This document shows positions 35,210 to 48,443 of a stretch of DNA of 64,000 nt, piece by piece. The notes under the pieces were generated by a model. It was given only the letters and a program-made list of their open reading frames with translations. It was not told the DNA's origin and searched no databases. How positions within the stretch are numbered: position 1 is the first letter of the stretch; each line of letters starts with the position of its first letter. Source of the DNA: Oikopleura dioica (lineage: Eukaryota; Animalia; Chordata); contig OU015566.1 in the NCBI GenBank assembly GCA_907165135.1, positions 10,044,001 through 10,108,000 on the forward strand, written 5' to 3'. Made by a program: the position numbers and the translations under genes.

Positions 35210-35299
35210 ACCATGGCGGCAATTTTTCAATCTAGGAACACAAAGATAATTATAAATATGTATACATAAGTGGGCTTTTTTCAATTCAGAATATACCGC

Positions 35300-38071
35300 A
35301 TTGGTATGATTTACAATAAGTGAGTGTTTCAGTGAACTTAGGATAAATGAGATTGTATCTGTAGAAGATAGGCAGTGCCACAGTGTTGCTGGGTCTTTAA
35401 TTTCTTGCTTTTCGTTTTCGGCTTTTTCAGGTTTACCAAAATGGATTAACGAGTAAGTTTCTCTCCTTTACAAATCTTTTTTGATGTCTATTGATGGGTA
35501 GCGGCCGCGCTAGTTCACGATCGGTTGGTTAACAAGTTCGAAAAGTGACTCAATGAAAATTGATAACCTCAAAAATGAGTTTCCCTATCAAACCAGGACC
35601 ATTCATTTGATGCAGATCGTGAGCCAGGTTTACAATTGTGAACCTGGACGCCCTAAACCTATCTTGCTTGATAAATCCTTTCCTTGGAACTAAAGCTTGA
35701 ACCTTCGGAACTGGAGGAGGGCTGTTCGGCTGTGCTCGAAAATGGACGGGCTTCGTGTTGCTATTTCTACGAGCTTTCTTCACGAGATTGGGGACCTCCA
35801 TAAGGTCCTCATCAATGATGAATTCGTCGGAAGCGTCAGACATACCATCGCTGAGCGGCAAGTTCGCGGTATCAATAACTGGCGAGTTGCGGAAAGGCTG
35901 GTCGATATGATTGTCAATGTCAACGTAAAGAGAATCAGGAGGTGTTTTTTCCTCTTCAGCGGATGACTCTTCCTGTACATTTGCTATTTATGGCTTACTT
36001 TTTAATTTCTTCCATCATTTATAACTAATAAATTATAAACAATCAGGAAATAAAGAAGAGCGGAAAGAATTCCGTGGCAGTAAAATATTTTATTCAGATA
36101 TTATTTGAACAGTGCGAAAATGAAAAAGGGCTGATAAATTTATTATCAGATGAAGAATTCTAATTCAGGTAGTTCTTGCATCTCAAAGCTCTTGCTTCCC
36201 GACTAATCTTATACGAAGCTCTACTTCGAATGCCTCTAAATCGTAAGCCTCTAACTTGAGTGCAGAGATTTTCTTCGGCACTCTGCGGTGGAGTCCCCGC
36301 CTCCCCTGGAGGTTTTTTCTCATCATCGGCGGCTGTTTCTGGCTCCTTGTCGCCTTCGCTCGAATTCGGCTCATCGACGAGAGTCGTGTCATTCTCGTCG
36401 TTTTCTTCTGGAATCTTTTCGTTTGCTCGCTGTTTTTCTGCATCAGCTTTTCAAAGGTTTTCAAAGTTGCCGTTTTACTGCTATATTTCATGAAAGAATG
36501 ACGTGATATGCAAGTTTTAACCTTCCCGAAAAGATCGTCATCGTAATCGTAATCAAACTCGTCCTTATTTTCCCAATCAATCATTCCTTCTTTATTCGCT
36601 GAAAAGTTTGAGACTTCCGACGAAGCGAGCGACTCTTCATCAATATCGAACGGAGCTTGAAACTCGGTTTCTTCTGCCATTCGCTCATTCATTTCTTCAT
36701 TCGTTTCTTCTTTCTCTGGCTCGTTCTGGCATTCTTCATCGTCATCCTCGTTTCGTTCGTACCAGTCTTCCGATCTACGTGCTTCTTTGAGTCGCTCGTC
36801 TGAGTTTTCAAGCGCGTAGTCTTTCTTGATAGCCGCCATATAATTTGTCTCTCTAAAAAGGATGAAGTCAGCTATAAAATGGCGAGTTTTTCTCAACCTG
36901 TGTCGAATATGTTCGCCGAACATCCCGAACTCCTGGACCCGAAACGTATTCCAATCTTTTAATTTCAAGAGCTGCGATCCAAGAACCTTTCTTTTCTTGT
37001 TATCAAACTTAGCAGCCTCCAAAGAATGATGAATCAGTTCCATGAAGCGCTGCCCTCCCTCGTCGCTCAAATGGACATTATCGACGTACACTTCTTCTCC
37101 TTCAACAGGGCTTTTTTGCTCGATCTGGCTTTTGCGATACATATATTCTTTTAGAGCATTTTCTCCGTCGTTTTGAAAGTAGAAGTCTGTGGAGAAATCG
37201 ATGACCTTGACCATTTCATCGTCCGTCATCTCTGTATTCACATACACAGCTTCAAGCAATTTCAGGAAAAAAAACTCATCGAATAAGACATACCGACAAT
37301 CTTGTTGCACTCAACCGCTCGTAGATGATCTTCGTCGAGTCTAGGGAGAATCGAGCTAACGAAAATCATCGCTGCTGGGTAGAGCTTTCGAACCATGTAG
37401 ATGCATTCGATGATTTCCTGGGCACATTCGGATACAGTAGACTTAACGCGTGATTGGGAGGCGTTATTTGTGCCAACATGAAGTAGAATTGTTCCGACTC
37501 GACGGGGCTAAAAATAATAATTCGAAGATTTTTGAAAATGTAGGATTACCGGGGGAAGATATTCTGACTTCAACGCTTCAACCAGTCCTTCCGCTCTGAT
37601 TCCCGGGTAGGAGAACGCGAAAAAATCCTTTAGTGGAACAGTATCCATGTAATATATACAGGACTTAAGCATACTGTCTCCAATTAGCAACGCTCCTTCA
37701 GGAACATCATGCTCTTCATCTGGGGATTCAGGAGAATCTCTCCGGCCATCGTTGTAGCTTGAATTTTGATGACCACGATTGAATCCAGAGCCTTGGTCGC
37801 TATATCGAGGTCTTCCTCGAGATCTGTTGTCATTTCGAGATGATCCATTGCCATAGGATTCTCTTTGTCGTGGTCTGAAATCAACGTCTCTCTGTCGACT
37901 TTCAAATCTGGATGGAACTGCGTCGTATTTCGCCTTTTCAGCGTCATATCTATTCCGACGATCCGGGGTCACGGGCGACGAACGCTCTGGATTGGTGATT
38001 TGACTGTCGAGAACTTGAGAAACGGCGGGTTTCGATCGACGAGCTCGACTTTTAGCGAGATTTTGAGTCAT
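35300..38071 (-). CDS. SGNH/GDSL hydrolase-domain protein with Arg/Gly-rich N-terminus and long acidic C-terminus; 3' end approximate
   Basis: After splicing: LLIGDSM (block I), SYPG (II), ILLHVGTNN (III), VSSILPRLD, YVDNVHLSDEG (V). Confidence 0.7.
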
Positions 38072-38459
38072 ATTCCGAAAAAGGTACCGCTTCTCGCAAA
38101 TATACTCAATTCAATTATTCTCAAACTTTTGAATCAAAAAGGCATTTCTGTCTGTAATACATCTGCTGAGTGAAAGAGTTACACTGATAAATCTCTCAAC
38201 TTTCCTTGGCATCAATGTTTCTCCCGACATTTTTTCCAATCTCTCGTGAAAAATCGCCGCAATCGAAACTAAAAAACCAGTCTTTCTCTCCAAATCTCCC
38301 GCGCGCTTATTGGCCGTGGCGCGGTGGCGAGAAATTCAGATCTTTCTCGAGTCGAGGCGATTCTAGTGTCACTAGAATCACTGCAGAAAAATCTTTCGAT
38401 TTGTTTTTGTCAGAAAATATTAAAATTTTGAAAATCGTTTCCCAGAAAAAAAAGGATAA

Positions 38460-39414
38460 ATGGGAGATAAAGCGGAAGATCTGAAGATAGAATCGCTGAC
38501 TCTTGATGATACTACAGATAAAACACCCGAGGTAATTTTAGTATTTACAAATTACTGTAGTAATTTATTCATAAATCATTAATCTTTGTGAAATTTTCAA
38601 TAACGAGAAAATGATCAAAATCTTGAAGAAAAGCACCTCCAACATAAGCAATTCATCAATATTCATTTTCGCATATGAAAATTTTCTCACAAAAGTGATA
38701 ACCGTTACTTCCAGGTCAGCGGACGCCCAGCTGCCCAGGTGAGCACGGAGACATCTGAAGGCGAAGAAACAGCTGACTCCGGACTTCGGGTAAGAATTCT
38801 ACACTCTGTTCATTCCATTCCTCAAAAACATACTTCAAGGCCCCGCCAAGAGATGAAGACTATGTAGAAGATATTCCATTCGGATTGAAGACCGAGTTTG
38901 TTTACAACGTCGTTGGGAAAAAATACAAGGTAACGTTTTTTTCATTGGCAGCAATTAATTGTCCTTATCTTTTCTTCTATCGAGAGGTCAATAATTGCTC
39001 GCTTGTCAAATCTCTTTCCTGTACTTTTTAAGTACAGGGTCGGCTAAAGGTACTTGAGCTGATCTTTCTATTTTTAGAATGCACTCAAGCTAGCTAACAT
39101 TATGCTCAAATTTGATCCAGGCAACAAAATTGCCAAAGAATATTTGCCAGTTTTGGAACAAGCCATTGAACTTGGAGAGTAAGAGAAACACGAGAAAGCA
39201 GAGATAAACGCATTTTTAAAGGGCTGTCGATGACGAAGAATCCAGCTCTTCTGAAGAAGAATCGTCGTCGGAAGAATCGTCCTCGGAAGAAGAAAGCGAC
39301 GAAGAAGACCCAGATGTTCCAGGGACGTCAAAAGCCACAATCAAACCTCCACGAGTTCGAAATTGCAGAATTCACAATGATCGTGGATATCTCGACGGAA
39401 AATCCAAACCCTAA
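38460..39414 (+). CDS. Glutamate-rich protein 2-like
   Basis: Spliced IPFGLKTEF...YKNALKLANIMLKFDPGNKIAKEYLPVLEQAIEL followed by an SSSEEE acidic tail, resembling ERICH2. Confidence 0.6.
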
Positions 39415-39553
39415 TCGATCGTACTAATCTTAGGAAATATTTTTTATTCAAAAATCTGTACGCTTGCCTTCACTGAAACTCTATTTTTTATACGCCCTCA
39501 ACACAGAATATTTTTTTATACGAAACGAATGTTCTTAATTCCTGATTTTTAGA

Positions 39554-41088
39554 ATGTCTGACTCAGAAGATTATGAAGACTTCGGCTCAGGGGATGAATC
39601 TTGGGACGATTTCGAGGAAGATATTGAGCTCGACAAGGCAGATAATGTTGACGCCATCGAGAATTTCAAATGTTTATTTATCAGGTACACCACGTTTTTG
39701 AGGTTTTCTGACTGAGAACGTTTTAGCTCTCAAATCTTCAAGGCGAAAGTCGAAAAAGAAGCGTCTGCCTTCGCAAATTCCTGTAAGATATCCGTTTCAG
39801 TTGCGAAAACGATTTTGATGAAATCAAAATGGAACACCAGCACTGCCTCAAAAGTTTTGTCGAAATCTAAATACGGCGACAAACTCGTCAAAACTCGAAA
39901 AAGTCATTGTGACGGTAACTCTGGAAACTAACAGCAGATTTCTAACTTACCTCAGTTTGTGATGAACCGAGAAAAGACCTCTACGCGACTTTTTGTCAGC
40001 ACGAATTTTGCCTGGATTGTTGGAGATATCATACGCGAACGCGACTCCAGCAGCGATCTGATGTCTGTTGCATGGGCCACGGCTGTGAGGTTCTTCTCAC
40101 TGAATCAGCCGTGCTCCCGCTCGTGCCAGGATCGCTAGGGAAGAAATTTGAAGAGATACTGTTTGATTGCATGGTGATAAGTTATCCTGGAGTACGCTTT
40201 TGTCCTGGCCCCGATTGCTCAGAGATCGTCATGGCTTTGGAAGAATCCTCTCCCAAACGAGTTCGGGTGGGGCAAAAAATAACCTTGGTCTTTATGAGAC
40301 GATTCTAGTGCGATTCCTGTGCTACTGAATTCTGCTTCCAATGCGGCTTAGACTTTCACCATCCAACTGAATGCTCAACGATCAAAGTCTGGTTGCAGAA
40401 ATGTTCGGACGACTCTGAAACAGCTGATTACATCGCTACGAAGACAAAGGATTGTCCGATGTGCTCTAGTTGTATCGAAAAGTCAGGAGGGTGCAACCAT
40501 GTGATCTGTGGACTCTGCAAGTACGAGTTCTGCTGGGTCTGCTCTGGAGATTGGAAAGAACACGGAGCTCAGGTATAGCGAGTTCTATGTGGGTAGAAAT
40601 TCATTGATTTTCAGTACTACGAATGCTCAAGGTTCAAAGAAGACCCAGAAGCAGTTCGAGCAGAGCTAGAAAACGAGACCCGCGCGTCTTTGTCGAAATA
40701 TCTTCATTATTTCCAGCGCTGGGATAATCATTCTCGATCGCTAAAGATGGAAAAGGTCTTCCAGAAAAATCTACAGGAGATTGCGCAGAAGGAAGTGCAG
40801 AAATCGAACGGAACCTGGATCGATTGGGAGCATCTGAAACGAGCTGGAAAAATTCTGGCGCAGTGTCGATACACATTGAAATTCACTTATCCTCGAGCGT
40901 ACTTCATGGATGCTTCTAAAGAAAAGATGCTTTTCGAATACCAGCAGGGTATTCTTGAAGCAGATTGCGAGGATCTCGCCTGGAAGCTAGAAAACGCGCG
41001 TGAGTTTTCTGTTGCACAGCTAGAACAGGCTTCTGCTGCTGCCCAAAAGTCGAGAATGACTCTTGTAAAATCTACCTCTTTATTGTAA
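39554..41088 (+). CDS. ARIH2: Ariadne-family RBR E3 ubiquitin ligase, ARIH2/TRIAD1-like
   Basis: RING1, IBR (FCPGPDC...FCFQCG..FHHPTEC), [49 protein letters not shown], and an Ariadne domain ([24 protein letters not shown]). Confidence 0.88.
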
Positions 41089-41329
41089 TTGTTAAATATT
41101 GACTACCTTTATCTTCAATTCATTGTGATATTAATGATAATTTATGTTCTGTAAATAATTATGAACGACCATTTGTCTGACTGTATATATTTCTGCTTTC
41201 CTCCTACTTGTTTTTTGACCAATACAAGACGAAGTTTCATTCGATCCTCTCTGGGAGTTTTCTCCCCTTCCAGAGAATCAATTACTGTTTTTTTTTTGTA
41301 AAATTTTTCAAAATCATCTTTCGTATTGA

Positions 41330-43222
41330 TAAGCCTCCGACTCCTTGTGAAATATTTGAGAATGATGCACCGAAGGGTAACGTAAAATCTAGTTGCTTTT
41401 CGAAAATATGAATCGACTTGTAAGATGTCGACGATACACTGAAGTTTTTACTAACAGTAGGTTCGTTAATTGGCGCTGATGATCATTTTTTTCTAAGGCG
41501 AGGTTCACTGGAGAATTCACTTACGATACCTCGTCGAAATAGATCGGCTTTCTGATGAGAATTTCCGAGAATATCATTCGGCATTTCTGAAGCCGAAAAA
41601 TACGATACCTCTCTTGCTAGAAGAAGTTCCAACAGTTAGAGAAGAACTGATATCTTCTCAGCTCCTCGAAGTTTTAAAGAAAGGAAGGCTTTATCATGAT
41701 CCTCAAGAAGCAGTGAACGGCGGCCTAGATGTCCAAGAGTTGAATGAGCTTCTTGATTATCAAGATATCACTCGTTACTTCGGAAATAATCTTCCGCAGC
41801 AGAAAAAGTTCAAACAGGCGATCTCAAAGATGATCATCCTCAAACGGGAAATTGATTTCAGCGATCCAAAACAAGTCAACGAATACGAAACCAAGCTACA
41901 GAAGTTCATCAAAAAGTGGAGTAAAGAGTTCTATATTCCAAAATTTCTATCACCTCATTCTGCCCAACTTGATCCCTTTTTGCTGCGAGCCGATATCGAG
42001 CAATGGAAACAACTGCAGTTCGATTTCAAGCCAGTCACTTCAATCGTTTCAAGAGGCTTTCTTAATGATTTTCTTGCTGAAAAAGAAGATGATATCTACG
42101 AAGAAGTTGCGAATAAATTAACAACGGAAAGTGGAGAGAAGAAAATTTGGGAATCAGCAGATATTCTAAAGTTGACAACTAAGGAAAGAGAGGAACTGGG
42201 AATCCGTTACGATATCAATCTTCAAATGTCCACAGTTAGAAAACTCAGATGGAAGTACTCAACGGCTATTGAAGTTTTAGGTAAAATGCCCGCAGCGAAT
42301 AAAGTACGATCTTCTTAGATACATTCAATGATGTTTGGGAAAAAGAATTTATCCGCGAGTTTGATTATTTCCTCAGAAATTCAAAAATGGAAGCTGTGCT
42401 AAGAAATCGTACGAAGTACCCTCACCTAATTGTTCCTTGCTTCGAGCCTGAAGATGTCATGGGCTCACCAAGAATACAAGAAGATGTTGAGTTTTTGCTC
42501 TCTGAAAAAGAGTATGGATCGATATCAGAAACTGAGGTTGAGCATTTTGAAGACAACGAAGAGATCCTTGAGGAATATGAAGAATTTTGGGAAGATTGGT
42601 TCAAGAATGAATTTTGTGTGACATTTGAGGATCGACTTGTTCAGCACTTCAAAGGTTGGTGTGACTATCTAATCTTTTTATCAATTCTATCTAGCAAAGT
42701 ATGTCCAAGAAGAAAGGAAAATATACTTTCGCGAGTTTCGGAAAATTCAGGCTGAGTACAAGTACGAGAATATCAATGAAAACCTGCCTGTTCTTGCAGA
42801 AGATGAGTTCAGTACAACTTTTGGAAATTTTTTCTATAAAGGATGCGAGTTTCATGGGCTCAACCGTATCGAAGTTATCGATGAACTTCTATTCCAGGTA
42901 CTCTTCCTTTTTCTATTGATGAAGATAATTTATCAATATGTTCAAGGAGAAATCGATGGGTTTTTGGATAAAGTATCAAGAGTATTGGACGAAAGTTATG
43001 GCGGAGGAGGAAGAAAAATTTTGGCAAACTGTATCAGATGCGAAGCGAGAAGAAGTCATGCTCGGAAAAGAATATACACTTTCGAAGTACAGAATTGCCT
43101 TTGAAACGCATCAAAAAGTATGTCAAAACTTGAGGCAACGCTACTTCCATCCCTGGACGAAAGGCTCACTTGAGATTCCTGCTTGCCCTAAAAGACTCAT
43201 GCCAATAAAACGAACAATATAA
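41330..43222 (+). CDS. Uncharacterised multi-exon protein; boundaries approximate
   Basis: ORFs 41614-42318, 42387-42755 and 42938-43222 are linkable by short introns. No family recognised. Confidence 0.5.
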
Positions 43223-45383
43223 AAGACAATGGATATATTTGATTTTATCAAAATTTGTAAAGCATCCAAAATTCGTACAGCGATCCATATTTTGCATGGG
43301 ATTGTTAGGCCGCGGTTAGAAAATGACTCGGATCATCGCCGCTAAAGTTAAGATTGCGTTGATATTTTATGGGATTTAGCGTACGTATTGTCGGTTTACT
43401 GGTAGTTTGAAAAGTTGCAAAATTGGTGCACTTGGTCTATCGATGGGATGACAGTATCTTAAACGATTAATTTTTCTTAAAAGGTGTAATTCCTTACCCG
43501 GAAACATGTGAAGTGCTCTGTTATCAATGTTGAATACGTCCTGTACGGACTCTGTCATGTTTACCGCGTTTTCATGGACAAAAGCCGTCCCCCCGAAATA
43601 TTTTTCATGTGTGCCTAAAAAAATGATATATACTAAGGTAAAAATATAATATCGTTACTGCCGCGAGGAGAAGTATGTGTAGCTCTGCCGCGGTTTTGTC
43701 GAAATTTTGTGTCAAAAATGCCGCGAACGTACTTGTAAATGTTCAGAAATCTTTTTTTCGTTTCGTTTACTATGGTCCCAATACCCATTCTGAATATTCG
43801 TAATCAATTTTCTCTTTGACAAACGTCATAACTTATTATTTATAAGCAGATTTTGAAAGAAAAAGTGTTAGTATCAATAAGTATGTCTCTTATTTTTAGC
43901 GAGACGGTTGAAAAAATGACGATGGTCATGCCCAAGTTCCGAAACCAACATCCAATGATAACAAAGAACTGACCACGCAGCCGATTTTTCGACCTAGAGA
44001 AAATGAAAACACGGAAACACTTGACAATCAATAATGAAAAAAATATCATGCATTTGAAATTTGATGTTTTAACCAGCGTGCTTCTAATATTACCGTGTTC
44101 CAGGCGGAAGTGATCAAACTCTTCAGTGACCGGTTTGAAAGATTTACCAAGAATGATGATGGCACGGTCCACTGCCCACTTGATCGACGTCTGAACTGGG
44201 CACCACCACCATCGTTTCGCGCGGGTCGAACTACAGAAAGATATGAGGCGCTGATATCACCCAGGAAAGGGCATTTTTCATCCCATTTCGCCCGGAAAGT
44301 AGAATTCCTTCGACGGGGCAATAGATAACTTGGACGGAAATAGGAACAGTGGCCGGAATTTCTTATCGCAAAATTAGCGCAAGACGGTCAAACTAAAAAG
44401 GTCAAATTTCGGACAATTTCTTGAGATTTAGGTTACGCTTATCGGCATTTCTAAAGACTCTCGCTTTAAAATTACTTTCATGTGTTCAAAACTATAGATT
44501 CTGCCTAATCAAATGTACCACAACAAACCAACAACCCATGAACTCAACCCCTCAATTTATCGAATTCTTCACACCCTCAAAAATTTTGCCGTTCATCCAA
44601 AAATCTCGAAAGAATTTTCAAGTGAAATCCCCTTGAAAATATTTGGGCTTATCCTACTCAACATACAATTATATTAACTGACAATCGAATTGATTTCTGC
44701 TTCAGTGGCGGTGGTGGATTACTGTCGCGAAAATATTCGCGGCGTGGTTCTGCGAAGGCTGATGTTATTTCGCCTTACAGCTGGCACTCTGTACAGCCGA
44801 ATTTGAAGTTTTCGAATTTCGAAGGAGCGGGACATTTGTGACAACATTCGGGTATTACCTAACCGGTCGGGAATTTGTCGTCAATTTCAAGATGGCAGTT
44901 TGATGTTCATATGTCTATTAGGAATTCGAAGATGTACCAGCTCATGTGGAAATCCCCAGGCTCTCATACGTATCACGAAGATTATTTTAGGAACCCATCT
45001 GCTTGGAGCATTTATCTCAGTGTTGATTCAAGACGTTAATGAATTTCGAGGGAAGGAGAAGAAAATCTAGAGCTCTCGTTTATCTCAATATCTATCCGAA
45101 TTAACCGCTCGCTCGTCTCGCTTATTCACGATTTAGGGCGTACTTCCGGCTTTATTAGTGTTTCCAAAAATAACCGCCTTGGCCACGTCCAAATAACCGA
45201 TAGCATCTAAAAAAGTAACATCAAGTTCATAAACTTGAAAACGGCGTCGGCAAGCGGGCCCACCGCGTGAATCTATCTGGGCCAACTCTTGTATTTTTCG
45301 ACTGATCGCGATCCCATAAGAAGGGATGAAAATCTTCAAAGGAGCCGCCGCTAGTTGGACAAGATCCGCAACAAGGTGTTTAT

Positions 45384-45888
45384 GGGGCCCAATTTACCCG
45401 AAAACACACATTAATTTTATAAAAACTTGACTAATGTGGTCATCATTTCATGTTCGAATTTCGAATTTCGTCTTTTAAAAACTCTACTTTGTATTTATTG
45501 GCCTTTCGTCTTTGCAGAACTACTAGCTACAAAGTTTCAAGCAAGTCTGAAATATCGAAAGTGGATCTCAAAAAGCGATTGCTAGAATTTTTGTATTTTC
45601 CAAGAAAAATATCTTATTCATCCGAATTTCACGCATTTTCTCAAAAAGTGTACCGGCCCGCGAAAACACCCTCTCACCGGTGTGTATTTCAATCCTATTC
45701 CGAGCATCATTGGGACAAAGTTTCAACCGTATCAAATTTTTCTTGAGCACTGGAATTGTCATAAGACAGATCTAGCGGAAAACTGAATATTCAAAGCGAG
45801 TTTAGGAGCGAGCTTCCGCCTCTCAATCTGATAACAAGTTAAAATTACAACAATTACGAGGTGAAAACCGACAACTAAATTGGGCCCC
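45384..45888. mobile_element. Possible MITE (PIF/Harbinger-like ends)
   Basis: 13-bp inverted repeat GGGGCCCAATTTA ... TAAATTGGGCCCC around a 505-bp non-coding AT-rich segment. Flanks TAT/TGT are not a clean TSD. Confidence 0.4.
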
Positions 45889-48443
45889 TGTTGGAAGGAA
45901 ATCTCGGTTTCCCATGGCACCCCAATCAACCCCAATAAAACCCCGAAAACGCAAAAATCTTGTCATTCACTGAACCCGAAAATTGAGCGCCTAATTTTTT
46001 ACTACTTTGACGGAATGTTTTCATAAACAGCAAACCACAAAAGAATTTCAACAGCAAATAAAACGACGAAATAAATAATAAAAGGAAAAGTCCCCTCCTT
46101 AGGTTGCATAAAGTTGCAAGGCGAATTCTGGGAATTTTGCGTCAAGGACACCCTTAATGACACTCAAAGTGTTCGACCTCCCTCCGAAGGTGCCGCCAAG
46201 AAGACTTCAGTCAGGTATTTTGTAACGACAAAGGGATGGGCAAAGTGCCCTTTCTCCCCACCGAGATTCGAAAAAACGGCATGTGCAAAAAAGTCCATCG
46301 ATCCAATTTGTCAAAGATATTTACGAGCGCCTTTGAAATGCAGTACACAACTTGCACCTGTGATGAGTCCAGTAGCAGCAACCGTGAAAGGCCAGTTTCT
46401 TTCGCTCCTTCTTGAATTTCTATTGAAAAACGAGCATCGTTAAATTTTCATGCCAAGCTAATAAGATGCTCATTACGGTTCTAGTCCGAGTGATCTCACG
46501 ATCAGATACCATCTTGCATAACAATCGGGCGGAACTGCTGACTACTTCCTCTTCGTCGAAACCGGAAGCAATTCAGATCGTCTCTCAACTCAGCGGGAAA
46601 GGGGCCCTGACCTGGATGCATCATCCGGCGCCTTCTGATCACTTCAAAAATGGAGAAATGATCACGTGACATGTTTTTGGTTTCGGTAAATGAAACATTT
46701 CAAAGCGCTTCCGGAGCTCACAAATGAGTACTAATTTCTGACAGTGTTTATTAAAACATGGTGATGTATTAGCCCGGGTTTAGGGCTGGCTTTAGATCTC
46801 ATAATCCTGCTAGGTTATCATATGAAAATAAGATAAGATAAGAGTATTTTGACGAAAAGGAATAAAAACTACTTATTTCGGATTTGCGAAAAAGGGGCCA
46901 AAAAGCTTCCAAATTTCATAACAAGACTGGCTCATATGCTCATGATAATTCCCCAAGAAACAAGCTGATAGCAAGCATGATCAAGTAGCCGCGCGTCAAA
47001 ACTAAGCCTGGCCCATCTGTTTGCCGATGCGAATTTCGGCGAAAAAACTTTCGAGGTGATTTGAAATTTCGAAAATTTACAAACAGATTTCTTATTTTAC
47101 ACACTCACCAGCTGGTCGCGCCCCTGATCAATACTAAGTTACTTCCGCGAAAAGTAGGGCTGGACCATAAACTACTTGTACTCGGCAAGGAATCTAAGTC
47201 AACCCGTTCGCTAGCCATAAGGTATTGACACGAGTCAATACCATCCGACCATGCTAGCTACCCATATCTTTTTATACCCGCTCGGAATGCCGATCGATGG
47301 CCAGTTAGACCCCGGCGGCCGGCTTCAAAGGAAATTTTTTGCGAAAATTTCATGAGCCCCATTCCCCCCGTGTGGGCCTCTTTTATTCGTGACCTGGAAT
47401 TTGGGCCCATTGTGGCCCCGCTAATTAAGAAGTAATTACAAAGGAGACAGATGTTAATTTCCAGGGGTGAAAAGACGGGACACAATGGCCATCAGCGTAA
47501 ATATAAATCCCTTTGCGGGAGAATACGCAGCAGGAAACTGCCAGTGATAGCTTCATTTTATGAATACCCAGCATTTGAAATTACTCTCGCTGTGGACTTG
47601 TAGACGAAGTCCTTTGATTGTGATTGAATTCTAGGTTTATTACGCCATCGATCACTGCACTCGTAAGTTTGTCGAACGAGCTGTCTCCGTTTTGAATAAA
47701 TTCAAGCCATCTCCAAAAAGTCCACAAATCGAAATCGTAAGGGAATCGTTTCCAGCGGCCGTGAGAACTTCTGAGCAACATAAAAATAATATCTTTGTGT
47801 TTGTAAAAACTCCTGGTTACGCGGCTATCTGTATAAACTACAGCGAGCAAACAGCACTTTTGTTCTTTCGTAAAACGTCAGAGAGCGAGTTTTTCAGAGG
47901 AAATAATGAAAGATTATAAGATGACCTTGGTCTTATCGGAAAGGTGTGGGATTTTTCTTATTTGAGAGTAAATATCACTCGCTAATGTCTTAACATACAG
48001 ATAGATCAAAGGATACATATTGATAAGAATATATTTTAGCCCATTTAGTAAAGAGGATTTCATCGGTTTTCGTAAAATTTGTCGACTAGAATAGTCTTCC
48101 TTGATTTCAATTACGCAAAGTAATTGATTTGTTTACCACTTCGATTGAGGAAATTTCTATTAATACGCGTTAAATTCAATTGTCGGAAGGAACCCACCCA
48201 AAAAGGTGAAAAAGCGGATCCTTATCGGTACCGAGCCCCTTGTGAGCGCGAGCGCCGCGGAGCCCATTCGCGCCCTCCGAGATGGCCGCGCGCAAGATGG
48301 CCACTTCCTTCGCTCGATTCCGAGATTTCATAACGCAAATCTACCTTTACAAATCAAAAAAGGTGACTCAAAAGTCAACACCCACCGGTTGATAAAGAAC
48401 CACTACAGAGATCGCGTAGAATTAAAAAGAGACCTAGAAGATT

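Noticed and set aside
43300-48200. Protein-coding genes among the many 60-110 aa ORFs upstream of Wnt
   Set aside because: No recognisable motifs or coherent exon chains; more consistent with regulatory DNA and decayed repeats.
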